Source: Candidatus Saccharimonadota bacterium
GTDB lineage: Archaea; Micrarchaeota; Micrarchaeia; Micrarchaeales; Micrarchaeaceae
NCBI GenBank assembly: GCA_963705375.1
Contig: OY970071.1
Span: 420,001-452,000 of the forward strand
Direction of reading: 5' to 3'
DNA length: 32,000 bases
Shown here: in pieces, positions 16,968-25,833 of the stretch
How positions within the stretch are numbered: position 1 is the first letter of the stretch
How the letters are laid out: each line of letters starts with the position of its first letter
Notes under the pieces: model-generated
The model's database searches: none
The model's input: only the letters and a program-made list of their open reading frames with translations
What the model was told of the DNA's origin: nothing
Translations under genes and position numbers: made by a program

Positions 16968-18047
16968 CTACACAAGGCCTCCAAGGAGCGACATGAAGTC
17001 GAGCTTTTCTCCGAATGCTTTGGAGAAATCAACTATAAATGCGTCCAGTATCATGAAATTCAAGAACGGTATGAATGTGAACCCCGCTATGAGGTAGCCG
17101 AATTGCGTGATCAGCTTCGGAAGCACCGACGGGTCACCGCCCAGACTAAACATCGCCCAGATCCCCTGGAAAAGGGTTATCAGCGCATTCTGCGAGAGAT
17201 ACTGGGTAATTCCGAGGCTTATGATCTGAAAGTCTATGAAGCCATAGGTTATGCTTATGAGCAAGGGATACACCAGGCCAAGACCCAATCCGATAGCGAT
17301 CATCATGCCTCCGAAGCTCCTTGTGAAGCCGAGGGTCCTTGCCACAAGGCCCAGGGTCATGAAGAAAGCGAGGAAGAAAGGAGCGCACGCGAGAAGGAGC
17401 ACCTGCAGCTGGCAGATCAATGCGCACATCAGGAAAGCCTTAAGGCCTATGCTGAATATCTGACCTATTGTTGGCGGAAGGAGAGACGGCGTATACATAC
17501 CGAAAGAAAGGCCTTTAATCGGAGTGAGCGAGATGGACAGGCCAGGAATCAGACCTGTCACGAAAGGCACGTACATCACCAGAGTCCCGACATCGTACAC
17601 ATAGCCCGTGAAGAAATTGAGGTCGCACTGCGACAGCGAGAATATGTCAGCGGAGGTAGAGCAATCTGGAGGAGCGCCACTTGGAGTGGCACCAGGCGGG
17701 GAGTACTTTGGAACCATGTTAAGGTTGGAATACGCGCCTTGTGGGTTGAACATGAACACATACGAGAAAGCGCCGAACACCATCAGCATCACCAAAGAGA
17801 GAAGCGCCTCGTAGATCTGTATGCGCGCCCATCTTTTTGCGTTTTGGCTTGCAGAAAGGCTGCTGAGAGCGTACACCATCGCAGCGACGGTAGTGACAGC
17901 CAACACACAAATGGCGGCAACAGGCATCCAGTATGAGACCGTCGAGGATATGTTCTGCGCAGGGGATATTGTGGTCGTCGTGGCCTGCGCTAGCGGCAGG
18001 GCTAGGCACACGGACAGAAAAGCCAGTGCAAGCGAGTAGTCTCTCAT
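16968..18047 (-). CDS. Polytopic membrane protein, paralog 2 of 6 (PFTR-GG family)
   Basis: Signal peptide MRDYSLALAFLSVCLALPLAQA. Family motifs are RWARIQIYEALLS and LVARTLGFTRSFGGMMIAIGLGLGLVYP. There is a 4-nt gap to the upstream gene. Confidence 0.85.
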   Translation of the reverse strand: MRDYSLALAFLSVCLALPLAQATTTTISPAQNISSTVSYWMPVAAICVLAVTTVAAMVYALSSLSASQNAKRWARIQIYEALLSLVMLMVFGAFSYVFMFNPQGAYSNLNMVPKYSPPGATPSGAPPDCSTSADIFSLSQCDLNFFTGYVYDVGTLVMYVPFVTGLIPGLSISLTPIKGLSFGMYTPSLLPPTIGQIFSIGLKAFLMCALICQLQVLLLACAPFFLAFFMTLGLVARTLGFTRSFGGMMIAIGLGLGLVYPLLISITYGFIDFQIISLGITQYLSQNALITLFQGIWAMFSLGGDPSVLPKLITQFGYLIAGFTFIPFLNFMILDAFIVDFSKAFGEKLDFMSLLGGLV

Positions 18048-18051
18048 AATA

Positions 18052-19146
18052 TCATATCAGACCGCGCAGCGCGCCCCTCTGGCTGAGCGCAGGAGAACCC
18101 AGCATGTCGCCAAGAGTCTCCATGAAGTCCATAGACATCATCAACGAAAATACAACACCGAGTATCAGATAGAACGACGGCTCCACAACATTGCTCATGA
18201 AATACGGCAGAATCGGCTGCATTTGGGGAATATTTAAGAACGTAGTAATTGTATTAAACCAATTATTTTGGTCTGGTTGGAAAGTTGGCAGACTGAGAGT
18301 ACTGGGGACCTGCACAGACACGACGGCCTGGCTGGACGGCAATAGGAAGAAATAGATAAAGAACGGGAACGCGAAGTAGAATGCGATAAACAGGCCAAGG
18401 AAGGAGCCGCCCGCGGCGCGCGTGAAGGGCAGCGTGCGCAACACTATGCCTACGTAGAAGAACAGCGGAAAAATAGAATAGAAGATGCCTATCATGATAG
18501 CAATAGTCATGAAAAAGATAGCCATTACGCCGGTGAACATCGCGAAGTTCCCAATTAGGCCATCAGTAGTGTCGGTCAGAGGAGAGAGACCGCTTAGAGG
18601 TGACATGAAAGGGCCGAAGTCCCCAGGCTGTATTGCTACAGTCAGAGAGCTTATCATCGTGAATATGTTCTGGTCGACACTGAGAAGGGCCCATATGTTG
18701 ATCATGTTAAGCGAGGTGCTGGCGAGTGTGGTGCAGTCCTTGGTAAACACGTTGTCCAGAGTGTTTCCTGTAGCTGCCTTGGTTACGAAGGTGCCAAAGC
18801 CGGAAGTGCCCGACACGGTGGAGAAAGCGCCGATGAAGACGAGCACGATGAGGCAGGTTATCGCGACTTCTCTCATCTCGTCCTTCGAGAACTTGAGCAG
18901 AAGATTTATGTTGAAAGCAGTGCCAAGCATGTACGCGATGATACTAACCATCAGCATCGTCAGCATCAGAAGCGCGGATATTTCAAGAAGCTGGCCCTGA
19001 CCCGAGATGTTGGAGCTGCCGAATATCGGCGGAGTTTTCATCACGCCGGAGCTGGAGCATATGTTGGTCGCCTGATCCTGGGCAGCAGGAACGCCCATAA
19101 GAAGAGAGATCAGCACAACAATAATTGCGATCTTGAGTTTGTCCAT
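18052..19146 (-). CDS. Polytopic membrane protein, paralog 3 of 6 (PFTR-GG family)
   Basis: The track ORF runs to 19173. ATG 19146 gives MDKLKIAIIVVLISLLMGVPAAQDQ (signal peptide) and a 7-nt gap after the upstream stop. Family motifs are FSKDEMREVAIT and IVLRTLPFTRAAGGSFLGLFIAFYFAFP. Confidence 0.85.
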   Translation of the reverse strand: MDKLKIAIIVVLISLLMGVPAAQDQATNICSSSGVMKTPPIFGSSNISGQGQLLEISALLMLTMLMVSIIAYMLGTAFNINLLLKFSKDEMREVAITCLIVLVFIGAFSTVSGTSGFGTFVTKAATGNTLDNVFTKDCTTLASTSLNMINIWALLSVDQNIFTMISSLTVAIQPGDFGPFMSPLSGLSPLTDTTDGLIGNFAMFTGVMAIFFMTIAIMIGIFYSIFPLFFYVGIVLRTLPFTRAAGGSFLGLFIAFYFAFPFFIYFFLLPSSQAVVSVQVPSTLSLPTFQPDQNNWFNTITTFLNIPQMQPILPYFMSNVVEPSFYLILGVVFSLMMSMDFMETLGDMLGSPALSQRGALRGLI

Positions 19147-19153
19147 ACGATCA

Positions 19154-20584
19154 TCAGGGCACCAGCCTTGCAAGGCCTGCGAGATCGGTATCGCCGCCCA
19201 TCAGGCCGGAAAGACCTCGCAACGAGGATATCGCTATAATGATATTTAGAAGTGGCAAAAGGTATATGTCTATCCCCATTATGCCATATGCGTTGAGGAA
19301 TTGATAGAATATTTTGGTCGCGTCCTTGTAATAGCATGTTTGAGGCAGAGCGAGGTCAGGCGCGAAGGTCCCCACTTGGCCTGACGAAGTGAACAGGCCC
19401 ACTATCTCAGAACCTATGGCGTAGAAAGGAACGAGCAACACATCCAGATCTTCTACCTCAGCCCCAAGAAGGTTGCCGTCTGACGGCCAACAGCCGTTAT
19501 TTGATATGACGTTTTTCATATTGGGCTGTACAAAGAAGTTGAGGGTGTACGTCCCTGAAGCAGTGGATAGTGATTGTATCTGAGTGATTGAATTGAAGCC
19601 GTATATCGCGGCGGAGTTGGAGATGTTAGAATTTGAAAGGGAGAGGTACTCTATCGCGTACGTCGCAGGAAAGACCAGCACCATCACCAGCGCTACCGCT
19701 ATGAAGAGACCCCCCAGAGGCCTTGTGAACAGCGTTGAGCGCAACACAAGGCCTATGAAGAGCAGGTACGGCCAGATATAGAGGCACATCACAACGAAAT
19801 ACAGTTGGGCAGACAGCAGCTCGACAGACGTCGTGAGCAGATTTCCGAAAGTGCCTAGATTCTGGATCAGCAGATCATAGCCGGCATAGGGCATGAAGTA
19901 ATATTGGAATTCTGCCAAGGGAGGCAGCGCGCCTTCTATGGGCAGAAGGCACTGAGAATCCACATTGCTGTCATCCGTGCACACCCAGAATGACGGCTTT
20001 ACGCTGTTGAGGAAGCCCAGATAAGCGTCGAAGATGAACGCAGCGTTGACATTCGCGGCAGTCTGATTTGTGATGTTTGCGATTATTGTTGCGGCAGCCG
20101 CAAGAGGATAATCTATCCGTGTGGTCAGGTCAGGATTTTGGGAGTTGGCATCAGACACCACGCCGCATATGCCTTTGAAAGCCAACCCTGAGCTAGTGGT
20201 GGGGCTTGAGAGCAGCGAGTTGGAACTCCCGATCAATGAAAGAGGAGAGGTGCGCATCACATTCGCGCACAGGCTGTTGATCGCGGCAGAGCTCATCAAT
20301 TGGGTGGATTGTCCTAGAACGCTGAAGAACACACCACCATAGACGGTCATGAAACTGATTATTATCAAAGCCAGTATGAAAGTGCCCACGAGCTGGTACA
20401 ATTCGCTCCTGGCCGCGCTCTTGGCCCTGTCGCTGCCAAGTATGACACCTATAAGGTACCAGATGCCGACTATCGCAGAATCCAAGAGTAGCGCGACGAT
20501 GACCACAGGCATGATATAGCTCTGCGCAGTGGTGAAGCTGGTCACGAAGAGGAACTTGCCAGCGATCATCGGGTATTGCAACAC
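19154..20584 (-). CDS. Polytopic membrane protein, paralog 4 of 6 (PFTR-GG family) with enlarged Cys-containing extracellular loop
   Basis: GTG start at 20584, preceded by AGGTG (5-nt spacer) that overlaps the upstream TAG. Family motifs are KSAARSELYQLVG and LVLRSTLFTRPLGGLFIAVALVMVLVFP. Confidence 0.85.
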   Translation of the reverse strand: MLQYPMIAGKFLFVTSFTTAQSYIMPVVIVALLLDSAIVGIWYLIGVILGSDRAKSAARSELYQLVGTFILALIIISFMTVYGGVFFSVLGQSTQLMSSAAINSLCANVMRTSPLSLIGSSNSLLSSPTTSSGLAFKGICGVVSDANSQNPDLTTRIDYPLAAAATIIANITNQTAANVNAAFIFDAYLGFLNSVKPSFWVCTDDSNVDSQCLLPIEGALPPLAEFQYYFMPYAGYDLLIQNLGTFGNLLTTSVELLSAQLYFVVMCLYIWPYLLFIGLVLRSTLFTRPLGGLFIAVALVMVLVFPATYAIEYLSLSNSNISNSAAIYGFNSITQIQSLSTASGTYTLNFFVQPNMKNVISNNGCWPSDGNLLGAEVEDLDVLLVPFYAIGSEIVGLFTSSGQVGTFAPDLALPQTCYYKDATKIFYQFLNAYGIMGIDIYLLPLLNIIIAISSLRGLSGLMGGDTDLAGLARLVP

Positions 20585-20592
20585 ATTGACAC

Positions 20593-23154
20593 CTATATGC
20601 TGTTCCAGAACGAACCGACTCCCTCAAGCCCGGAGTTGAGCGCCTTTGCCAGCCCTGTCGCGAAGCCTATCGTTATCGCAAAGTTTATACCGAATAATAC
20701 AACAGCCTGGAATAAATACTGCGCCATCTGCGTGATGAGGTTGCGCGCATCGTTCATCACATTCCACGGGTTTAGCAGCTGGACGTTTGAGCTGAGAGTG
20801 TTCCAGAAGAGGCCGCCAGCGCTCAAGAATGCCGATCCAGCGTTCGATAATGCCGACCCTGATGTTGAGGACTCGGAAGAGAAGAAAGAATTCACATTTA
20901 TGTTATTCAGCATATAGCTCTGGCCGGAATTTGTGAGTGCATAATTCATTATCGTGGAGTCGAATGCTATCGTAAGGGGATATATCAAGTACATTGCGAT
21001 CGCCAACGCCAGCAGCGCGTTAGCGGATTTCCTAAGTTCAGTACCAGTGAATGCAAGAGAGCGCATGATTATCGCGACGGGCAGTATGGTGGTGAACGCG
21101 GTATACTCCATCACCACAAGCAGCAGATACTGCAGAAACAGCGCTCCGGTCGCCATCGTGATCATCGGAGAGAATAGCGCCATGTACAGTTGTGACAGCG
21201 AGGTGAACACGCTAGACAGAGCGTTTATGTTTGGCAGCACCAGCGACACTGATAGGAAAGAGCTCGAAAACAGAGGGAGACCGAAGTCGGAAAACATCTT
21301 GCCTGCATTCTCGTAGCCAGCGCCGCTGACTGCGCCGCCGAAGAAGTCCAAGACCTGGTAGATTATCTGTGCCTCGACCTGGTATGCGACGGAATAGGAG
21401 TAGAGCTGGGTCAGCAGCCCCACGCCAGTCACTGTGGCCAGGTTCCCTATATAATTGTCAGCGAACTGGAATGGATTAAGGTTATTCCCGTTTTCGTAGT
21501 TCTTTGTGTAGCTCACAGACAGGTTGCATGCGACCTGCGCAGACCCTACCAGTATGGCTATTATCACTGCGCTGAGCAGGATCTGGCTTGACTCGGCCTT
21601 TACAGCATCTATAAGCTTGGCCCTGGTCTTTGCCGGAAACACGTTGGCTATCGCATACACGAATGCTACGACAGTCAGGCTTATGAGTATGACCAAGAAG
21701 TTTATGCCTATCCAGTTGCCCGTGTAGCCATTGCCGCCATTGGCGTAAAGCGCGCACGTTGCTATTGTGGTTGTGCTGGTCGAGGTAGATGTCGAGGTAC
21801 TCGTCGTTGATGATGTTGTAGTGGTGGAGTATACCACCATCGTGGTGTGGTCCCCGCTTGGGTTGTAGTTAGAGTCTCCTTGGAAGGCGGCATATATGGT
21901 ATGGGTGCCCAATCCAAATGCAGACGCAGGTTTAGTAAGTGACGCTTGATAAGTAGAGCCCGTTTGTGTAGTTGCATAACCTATTTGGTGTGCAGAGTCC
22001 ATAACGTCTTCGTAGAAATACACAAAGTCGTTCGCTTGCGGCCTAGGAGAGATGTATACGGCCATAGTTACAGGAGCGCTACCAAGAAGTACAGAATTAG
22101 GAGCCACGACCAAGGTGGTAGGTGCCGTTCCAGGATACACGGATACCTGAATGGTTCCGCTACTCGCAGTGTGGAAGGTGACTATCGGACTACCGGCAGA
22201 ATATTGAGAGAGTGTTGCGGAAAAAGTGTAAGTGTTTCCTCCTTGCAGGAGGCTCGACGGAACAGTCACACTATACTGGCCACTACTTGGGAATGATGCT
22301 CCGAATTGCGACTGAAGGCTTGCGCCCAAATTCTCATACACAATCACGCACGACGTAGTTTGTGAGGCAGAACATGGGCGCAGCGTGGCAGAAGATGCGG
22401 ACACAGTGCCAGATATGGTTACTGAGTTTGGATATGTCACAGATGATGACGAGCTAGAAATGGATATGGCCGTGTTGACTATCGTGGTGCTAGAGGTTGT
22501 AGAGGTGGAGGTCGTAGATGTGGTGGTGGAGGTGGAGGTTGAGACCGAGGTGGTGAACGACGCGGAAAACCAGACCACGTCCCGGAAGTTGCACGTCGCA
22601 TAGCTGCAACACGACATACAGCCTACGCTGTAACCATTAACACAGTCACAGCCGCAAGTTCCCCAAGGCGCATACTGAAACAAAAAGACATAGCCCTGTG
22701 CTGCTCCATTTTTAGTGTAGGACCACACTTCAGTACCCTGCTGGTATAGAACAGTGCCACTACTCCAAGTATCGGGAGAGGAACTGGAGGAGCCGTGGCA
22801 GTATGGGAAGCTGTATTGGTTAGTATTAGTAAAAACATACGTTTTTGAGCCAGATGTGCACGTGAATGAAGAGACAGATGATGTAAGGTACCCAGAAGTA
22901 TAGTGGTTACCACCAAGCATACATTGAACGGTAGTCGTGTCTAGACCCGCATCTCCGGCATTTTGAGATGCACTCCCGAAAGTAAATGAGCAGCCTGGAT
23001 TAGGAGCCCAAGAATATCCATAATATGTAGTACCGCCAACGATGCAGGAAGTAGGGTCTGCCTTTATGTACGTGCACAGTCCCAGCAGCATTATGACAGA
23101 TATCAGAAGAATGAAGGCCAGCAGGTGCGGGTGTGTGCGGTTGTGTGGTGCCAT
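20593..23154 (-). CDS. Chimeric surface/membrane protein, paralog 5 of 6: signal peptide, Cys-rich domain, Ser/Thr linkers, Ig-like domains, then C-terminal PFTR-family membrane module
   Basis: 853 aa with a signal peptide (HLLAFILLISVIMLLGLCTYIKA). It has a ~160-aa Cys-rich region (GTCGCDCVNGYSVGCMSCCSYATC) and S/T tracts at aa ~199-239 and ~443-464. An Ig-like unit ends GTHTIYAAFQGDSNY. The membrane module carries a degenerate motif, IIMRSLAFTGTELRKSANALLALAIAMYLIYP. Confidence 0.85.
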   Translation of the reverse strand: MAPHNRTHPHLLAFILLISVIMLLGLCTYIKADPTSCIVGGTTYYGYSWAPNPGCSFTFGSASQNAGDAGLDTTTVQCMLGGNHYTSGYLTSSVSSFTCTSGSKTYVFTNTNQYSFPYCHGSSSSSPDTWSSGTVLYQQGTEVWSYTKNGAAQGYVFLFQYAPWGTCGCDCVNGYSVGCMSCCSYATCNFRDVVWFSASFTTSVSTSTSTTTSTTSTSTTSSTTIVNTAISISSSSSSVTYPNSVTISGTVSASSATLRPCSASQTTSCVIVYENLGASLQSQFGASFPSSGQYSVTVPSSLLQGGNTYTFSATLSQYSAGSPIVTFHTASSGTIQVSVYPGTAPTTLVVAPNSVLLGSAPVTMAVYISPRPQANDFVYFYEDVMDSAHQIGYATTQTGSTYQASLTKPASAFGLGTHTIYAAFQGDSNYNPSGDHTTMVVYSTTTTSSTTSTSTSTSTSTTTIATCALYANGGNGYTGNWIGINFLVILISLTVVAFVYAIANVFPAKTRAKLIDAVKAESSQILLSAVIIAILVGSAQVACNLSVSYTKNYENGNNLNPFQFADNYIGNLATVTGVGLLTQLYSYSVAYQVEAQIIYQVLDFFGGAVSGAGYENAGKMFSDFGLPLFSSSFLSVSLVLPNINALSSVFTSLSQLYMALFSPMITMATGALFLQYLLLVVMEYTAFTTILPVAIIMRSLAFTGTELRKSANALLALAIAMYLIYPLTIAFDSTIMNYALTNSGQSYMLNNINVNSFFSSESSTSGSALSNAGSAFLSAGGLFWNTLSSNVQLLNPWNVMNDARNLITQMAQYLFQAVVLFGINFAITIGFATGLAKALNSGLEGVGSFWNSI
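21763..21828 (-). repeat. Second Ser/Thr-coding linker tract immediately before the membrane module
   Basis: Encodes STTTTSSTTSTSTSTSTSTTTI. Confidence 0.6.
22438..22560 (-). repeat. Low-complexity Ser/Thr-coding tract (probable O-glycosylated linker)
   Basis: Encodes SFTTSVSTSTSTTTSTTSTSTTSSTT...SISSSSSS. The plus strand shows gtggaggt/gtagaggt-type short repeats. Confidence 0.6.
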
Positions 23155-23158
23155 GGTA

Positions 23159-24727
23159 TCACGCGAGTTTGAACTTGCCTACGCCGAGCCTGACGGAGCC
23201 CCCAAGCGGCTTTGCGATTGCGTTCGCAGCTATGAGCGTGATTATCATGTCAAGGAAGAACAGTATGAACTGTATGCTCATGCCCGCACCGTATCTCGTT
23301 ATGAAATTCATGACGGGAAAGATGCTGTTGATGTTCAGTATGTTTAGGCCTGTAGTGAGGCCGTTGTTGAATGCGGGCACGTTTACGTTCTGAGAGCCGA
23401 CGACCATGCCCATCAAAACCGTAGGTATTGCAGACAGCGCACTGACTAAAAAGGAGATTACGCCATCGACTGCGTCGCAGAAAATTCCGGAGCTGTATGC
23501 GGTGGCGCACGACCCGCTAGAAGGAGGTACAGACGTCACGTAGCTGAAATAGTTGGTGACTGGCATGTTAAGCACCAGCATGAGAGTGGGGTACACCAGA
23601 GCTATCGCTATGCCGATACCTATCATCGTGCCGCCTATCGGGCGCAGGAAGGGCATGGAACGGAGTATCACGCCCATCGGAACGAAAACCGAAAGCCCGA
23701 GCACGACTATCGTGGGCAGAAGATCGTATTGGAATTGCAAGAGCATCAGCATCGGGACTATGACGATCGTCAGTATGTCCTTAAGGAAAGAGTAGCCTGC
23801 GCCGCCTGTAGATGTAAGGAAGTTGCTGGCAAGCAGTTTTACGTTGTAAGACCCGAACTTGAAGGTTACGACCGTGACCAGAGGAGTTTCCGGAGGGGGC
23901 AATGGTATCGGAAACCATGTCGAGAGCATCATGCCGGTCAACGTGCCCAGCCCAACGGACAGACCCATGATTGCGGAGAAGGCAGCGTAGGCCGCGTTCA
24001 GCTGCGGAGTGAGATAGCCAGAGTACACGTTCTGATACAGCGCGCAAAGGTTCGTGGTCAATGCTGAGCTCGTTATGCAAGGATTTGCAAACGTGCCGCC
24101 AGTCGAGGAAGCGATATTGGAAGCAAAAGCGGTCGAGACGTTGCTCACCATCACCAGGACGCTGTACAGTACCGCGATTATCAGCGCGCTCTTGGTGACT
24201 TCCCACAGTTCGCCCCTGTACCAATTCTGGAAGCCGTCGATCCTGAGCACTTCACCCATCATGTATGCCACAGCTACGAACGAGAGAGATAGCATTATGC
24301 CGACGCCTGCTATCGGCATCGAGTCGGCGATGCAGCTGCCAAGGTCTCCGGCAGTTCCGATTATGCAATGGAAAGGATTTACGGTCACCTGAACGCCTGC
24401 GCCAGGACCGATCATCGTACCCGATGAATCGTAAGGATAAACATTCACAACATAGTTTGTTTGTGTTGACGCCGATAAGATCATGGTGCACGTGCTGCTT
24501 GACGATGAGCAGGAATTTGGCTCTTGATTGCCAGTATTGCTGTTTGTAAGGAACCAGCTGTAGGTCGCAGGAGTTCCACCAGTAACGCTGGCAGTGAAAG
24601 TGGATGCAAAGCCCGAACTGACGATATTTGTAGGCGAGACGGTGAGAGAATCTTGTGCCGCATTTGGCATATGCGCAAATGAGAGCACAACAAATAACAG
24701 CAGCAGCAGCAACTGCGCCTTCCGCAT
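23159..24727 (-). CDS. Paralog 6 of 6: signal peptide plus one Ig/PKD-like domain fused to a PFTR-family membrane module
   Basis: 522 aa. The signal peptide is MRKAQLLLLLLFVVLSFAHMPNAAQD. The ectodomain reads LTVSPTNIVSSGFASTFTASVTGGTPATYSWF...VVNVYPYDSSG. Family motifs are WYRGELWEVTKSA and VILRSMPFLRPIGGTMIGIGIAIALVYP. A TATA-like CTAATAAAAGG lies ~27 nt upstream of the ATG. Confidence 0.85.
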   Translation of the reverse strand: MRKAQLLLLLLFVVLSFAHMPNAAQDSLTVSPTNIVSSGFASTFTASVTGGTPATYSWFLTNSNTGNQEPNSCSSSSSTCTMILSASTQTNYVVNVYPYDSSGTMIGPGAGVQVTVNPFHCIIGTAGDLGSCIADSMPIAGVGIMLSLSFVAVAYMMGEVLRIDGFQNWYRGELWEVTKSALIIAVLYSVLVMVSNVSTAFASNIASSTGGTFANPCITSSALTTNLCALYQNVYSGYLTPQLNAAYAAFSAIMGLSVGLGTLTGMMLSTWFPIPLPPPETPLVTVVTFKFGSYNVKLLASNFLTSTGGAGYSFLKDILTIVIVPMLMLLQFQYDLLPTIVVLGLSVFVPMGVILRSMPFLRPIGGTMIGIGIAIALVYPTLMLVLNMPVTNYFSYVTSVPPSSGSCATAYSSGIFCDAVDGVISFLVSALSAIPTVLMGMVVGSQNVNVPAFNNGLTTGLNILNINSIFPVMNFITRYGAGMSIQFILFFLDMIITLIAANAIAKPLGGSVRLGVGKFKLA

Positions 24728-24872
24728 GCTACGTTATAACAAGGAAGCCTTTTATTAGTTAGCTCTCGGCAGAAGAACGGAGGTCGTTGCCGCCGTGCAG
24801 ATTCCTGAATGCGCGCCAGCCAGACAGCAAGGATTGCTCTGCACTAGCACTTCTGCGGCAAGACGGAGAGCA

Positions 24873-25604
24873 TCAGCGCTTCAGCATCTTGAACCTGTTT
24901 ATGTAGAACTCGCCCTGGAGCACCACAAGGAAAGGCAGTATGAAGAGCGAGCTGAATATCAGCATCGCGTACCTTGAGACCAGCGTACCGCCCACCAGTA
25001 TGAATATGAAATCGAAGGCGCTCAGAAGGACCACTGCCACTACGGCCCATATCGCAAAGTAGTCAGGCCTGCGCATGAAGAACCTGAAGCTTGAACGCAG
25101 GGAGTGCAGCACCCTGCTGTCGTCAATGACCACGGACGATGGCGCATAGAAGAAAAGCGGAGTCAGCGCCAGGCCTGCGACAGCGGCAGCCGATGCGGAG
25201 TAGCTGGTGCCATAGAACAGCACGCTGACAAGAAGCAGTATGAGCGTCTCTAGCATCAGCAGCATGAACACCTTGCTCGTGTATGTCTCAAGACCTTCCA
25301 TGACCTCGCGCCGTATCCTTGTGTGGGTCCTGCTGTGCTTGCACATGACGTTGATAGCGACTATCGCAAAGCTGAGGAACAGCAAGGAGAAGAACACAGC
25401 GACAACTATGACTGCGGTGCTGAGAACGGTCATGTTGAGGAACACGCTTGAGGTCCTCAGCAGTATCGCACCCATGTCATTGTATGTGGGAAAAGCGGCA
25501 AATATGGGAATGAGGAACGCGAGCACGAACGCCAGCGAGAACAGGAGTATCAGCTTTATGTTCTTCATGTACGTGCCAACTGAATAGAGCAGTATGTTAG
25601 ACAT
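24873..25604 (-). CDS. Polytopic membrane protein (~6 TM), function unknown
   Basis: The track ORF starts at TTG 25631. An ATATTTTTATTG TATA-like element at 25634-25645 favours ATG 25604 (MSNILLYSVGTYMKNIKLILLF...). The protein has hydrophobic helices throughout and basic loops (KHSRTHTRIRRE, RFFMRRPD). Confidence 0.8.
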   Translation of the reverse strand: MSNILLYSVGTYMKNIKLILLFSLAFVLAFLIPIFAAFPTYNDMGAILLRTSSVFLNMTVLSTAVIVVAVFFSLLFLSFAIVAINVMCKHSRTHTRIRREVMEGLETYTSKVFMLLMLETLILLLVSVLFYGTSYSASAAAVAGLALTPLFFYAPSSVVIDDSRVLHSLRSSFRFFMRRPDYFAIWAVVAVVLLSAFDFIFILVGGTLVSRYAMLIFSSLFILPFLVVLQGEFYINRFKMLKR

Positions 25605-25744
25605 AAACGCACGCAGACTAATGCCTGGCAATCAATAAAAATATGTCGCTTGCCTGCCGCAGGTTTGGAATGGCAGTGAGACCTGCCTTTTCATCGCAGC
25701 AGGAGCGCACTGCCGCAGCGCGCACCTTTCTTCGCTAGCAAGAA

Positions 25745-25790
25745 TCAATAGAAGAAATGAAAAGAAAGAATCTTGGCAAAGACTGCCAAG
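25745..25790 (-). terminator. Hairpin plus T-rich tract downstream of the pilin-like gene
   Basis: cttggca (25772-25778), a 5-nt loop, then tgccaag (25784-25790). On the minus strand this is followed by ATTCTTTCTTTTCATTTCTTCTATTG. The hairpin starts ~44 nt after the stop at 25834. Confidence 0.45.
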
Positions 25791-25833
25791 TGGCCAATGC
25801 CGCGCACAGTTTAGCAGATTAGCTAACTGCGGA

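Noticed and set aside
17103-17936. 277-aa plus-strand ORF; similar long ORFs at 14523-15170, 18485-19000 and 30297-30887
   Set aside because: All lie antisense within long minus-strand genes whose translations have coherent TM or helical patterns. These plus-strand products are R/H/E-rich with no domain logic, as is typical of shadow ORFs.
21763-22560. Short periodic DNA repeats (gtggaggt/gtcgaggt type) that might suggest a CRISPR or minisatellite
   Set aside because: They are in-frame Ser/Thr-coding low-complexity linkers inside the 853-aa gene, with no unique spacers or a constant repeat length.
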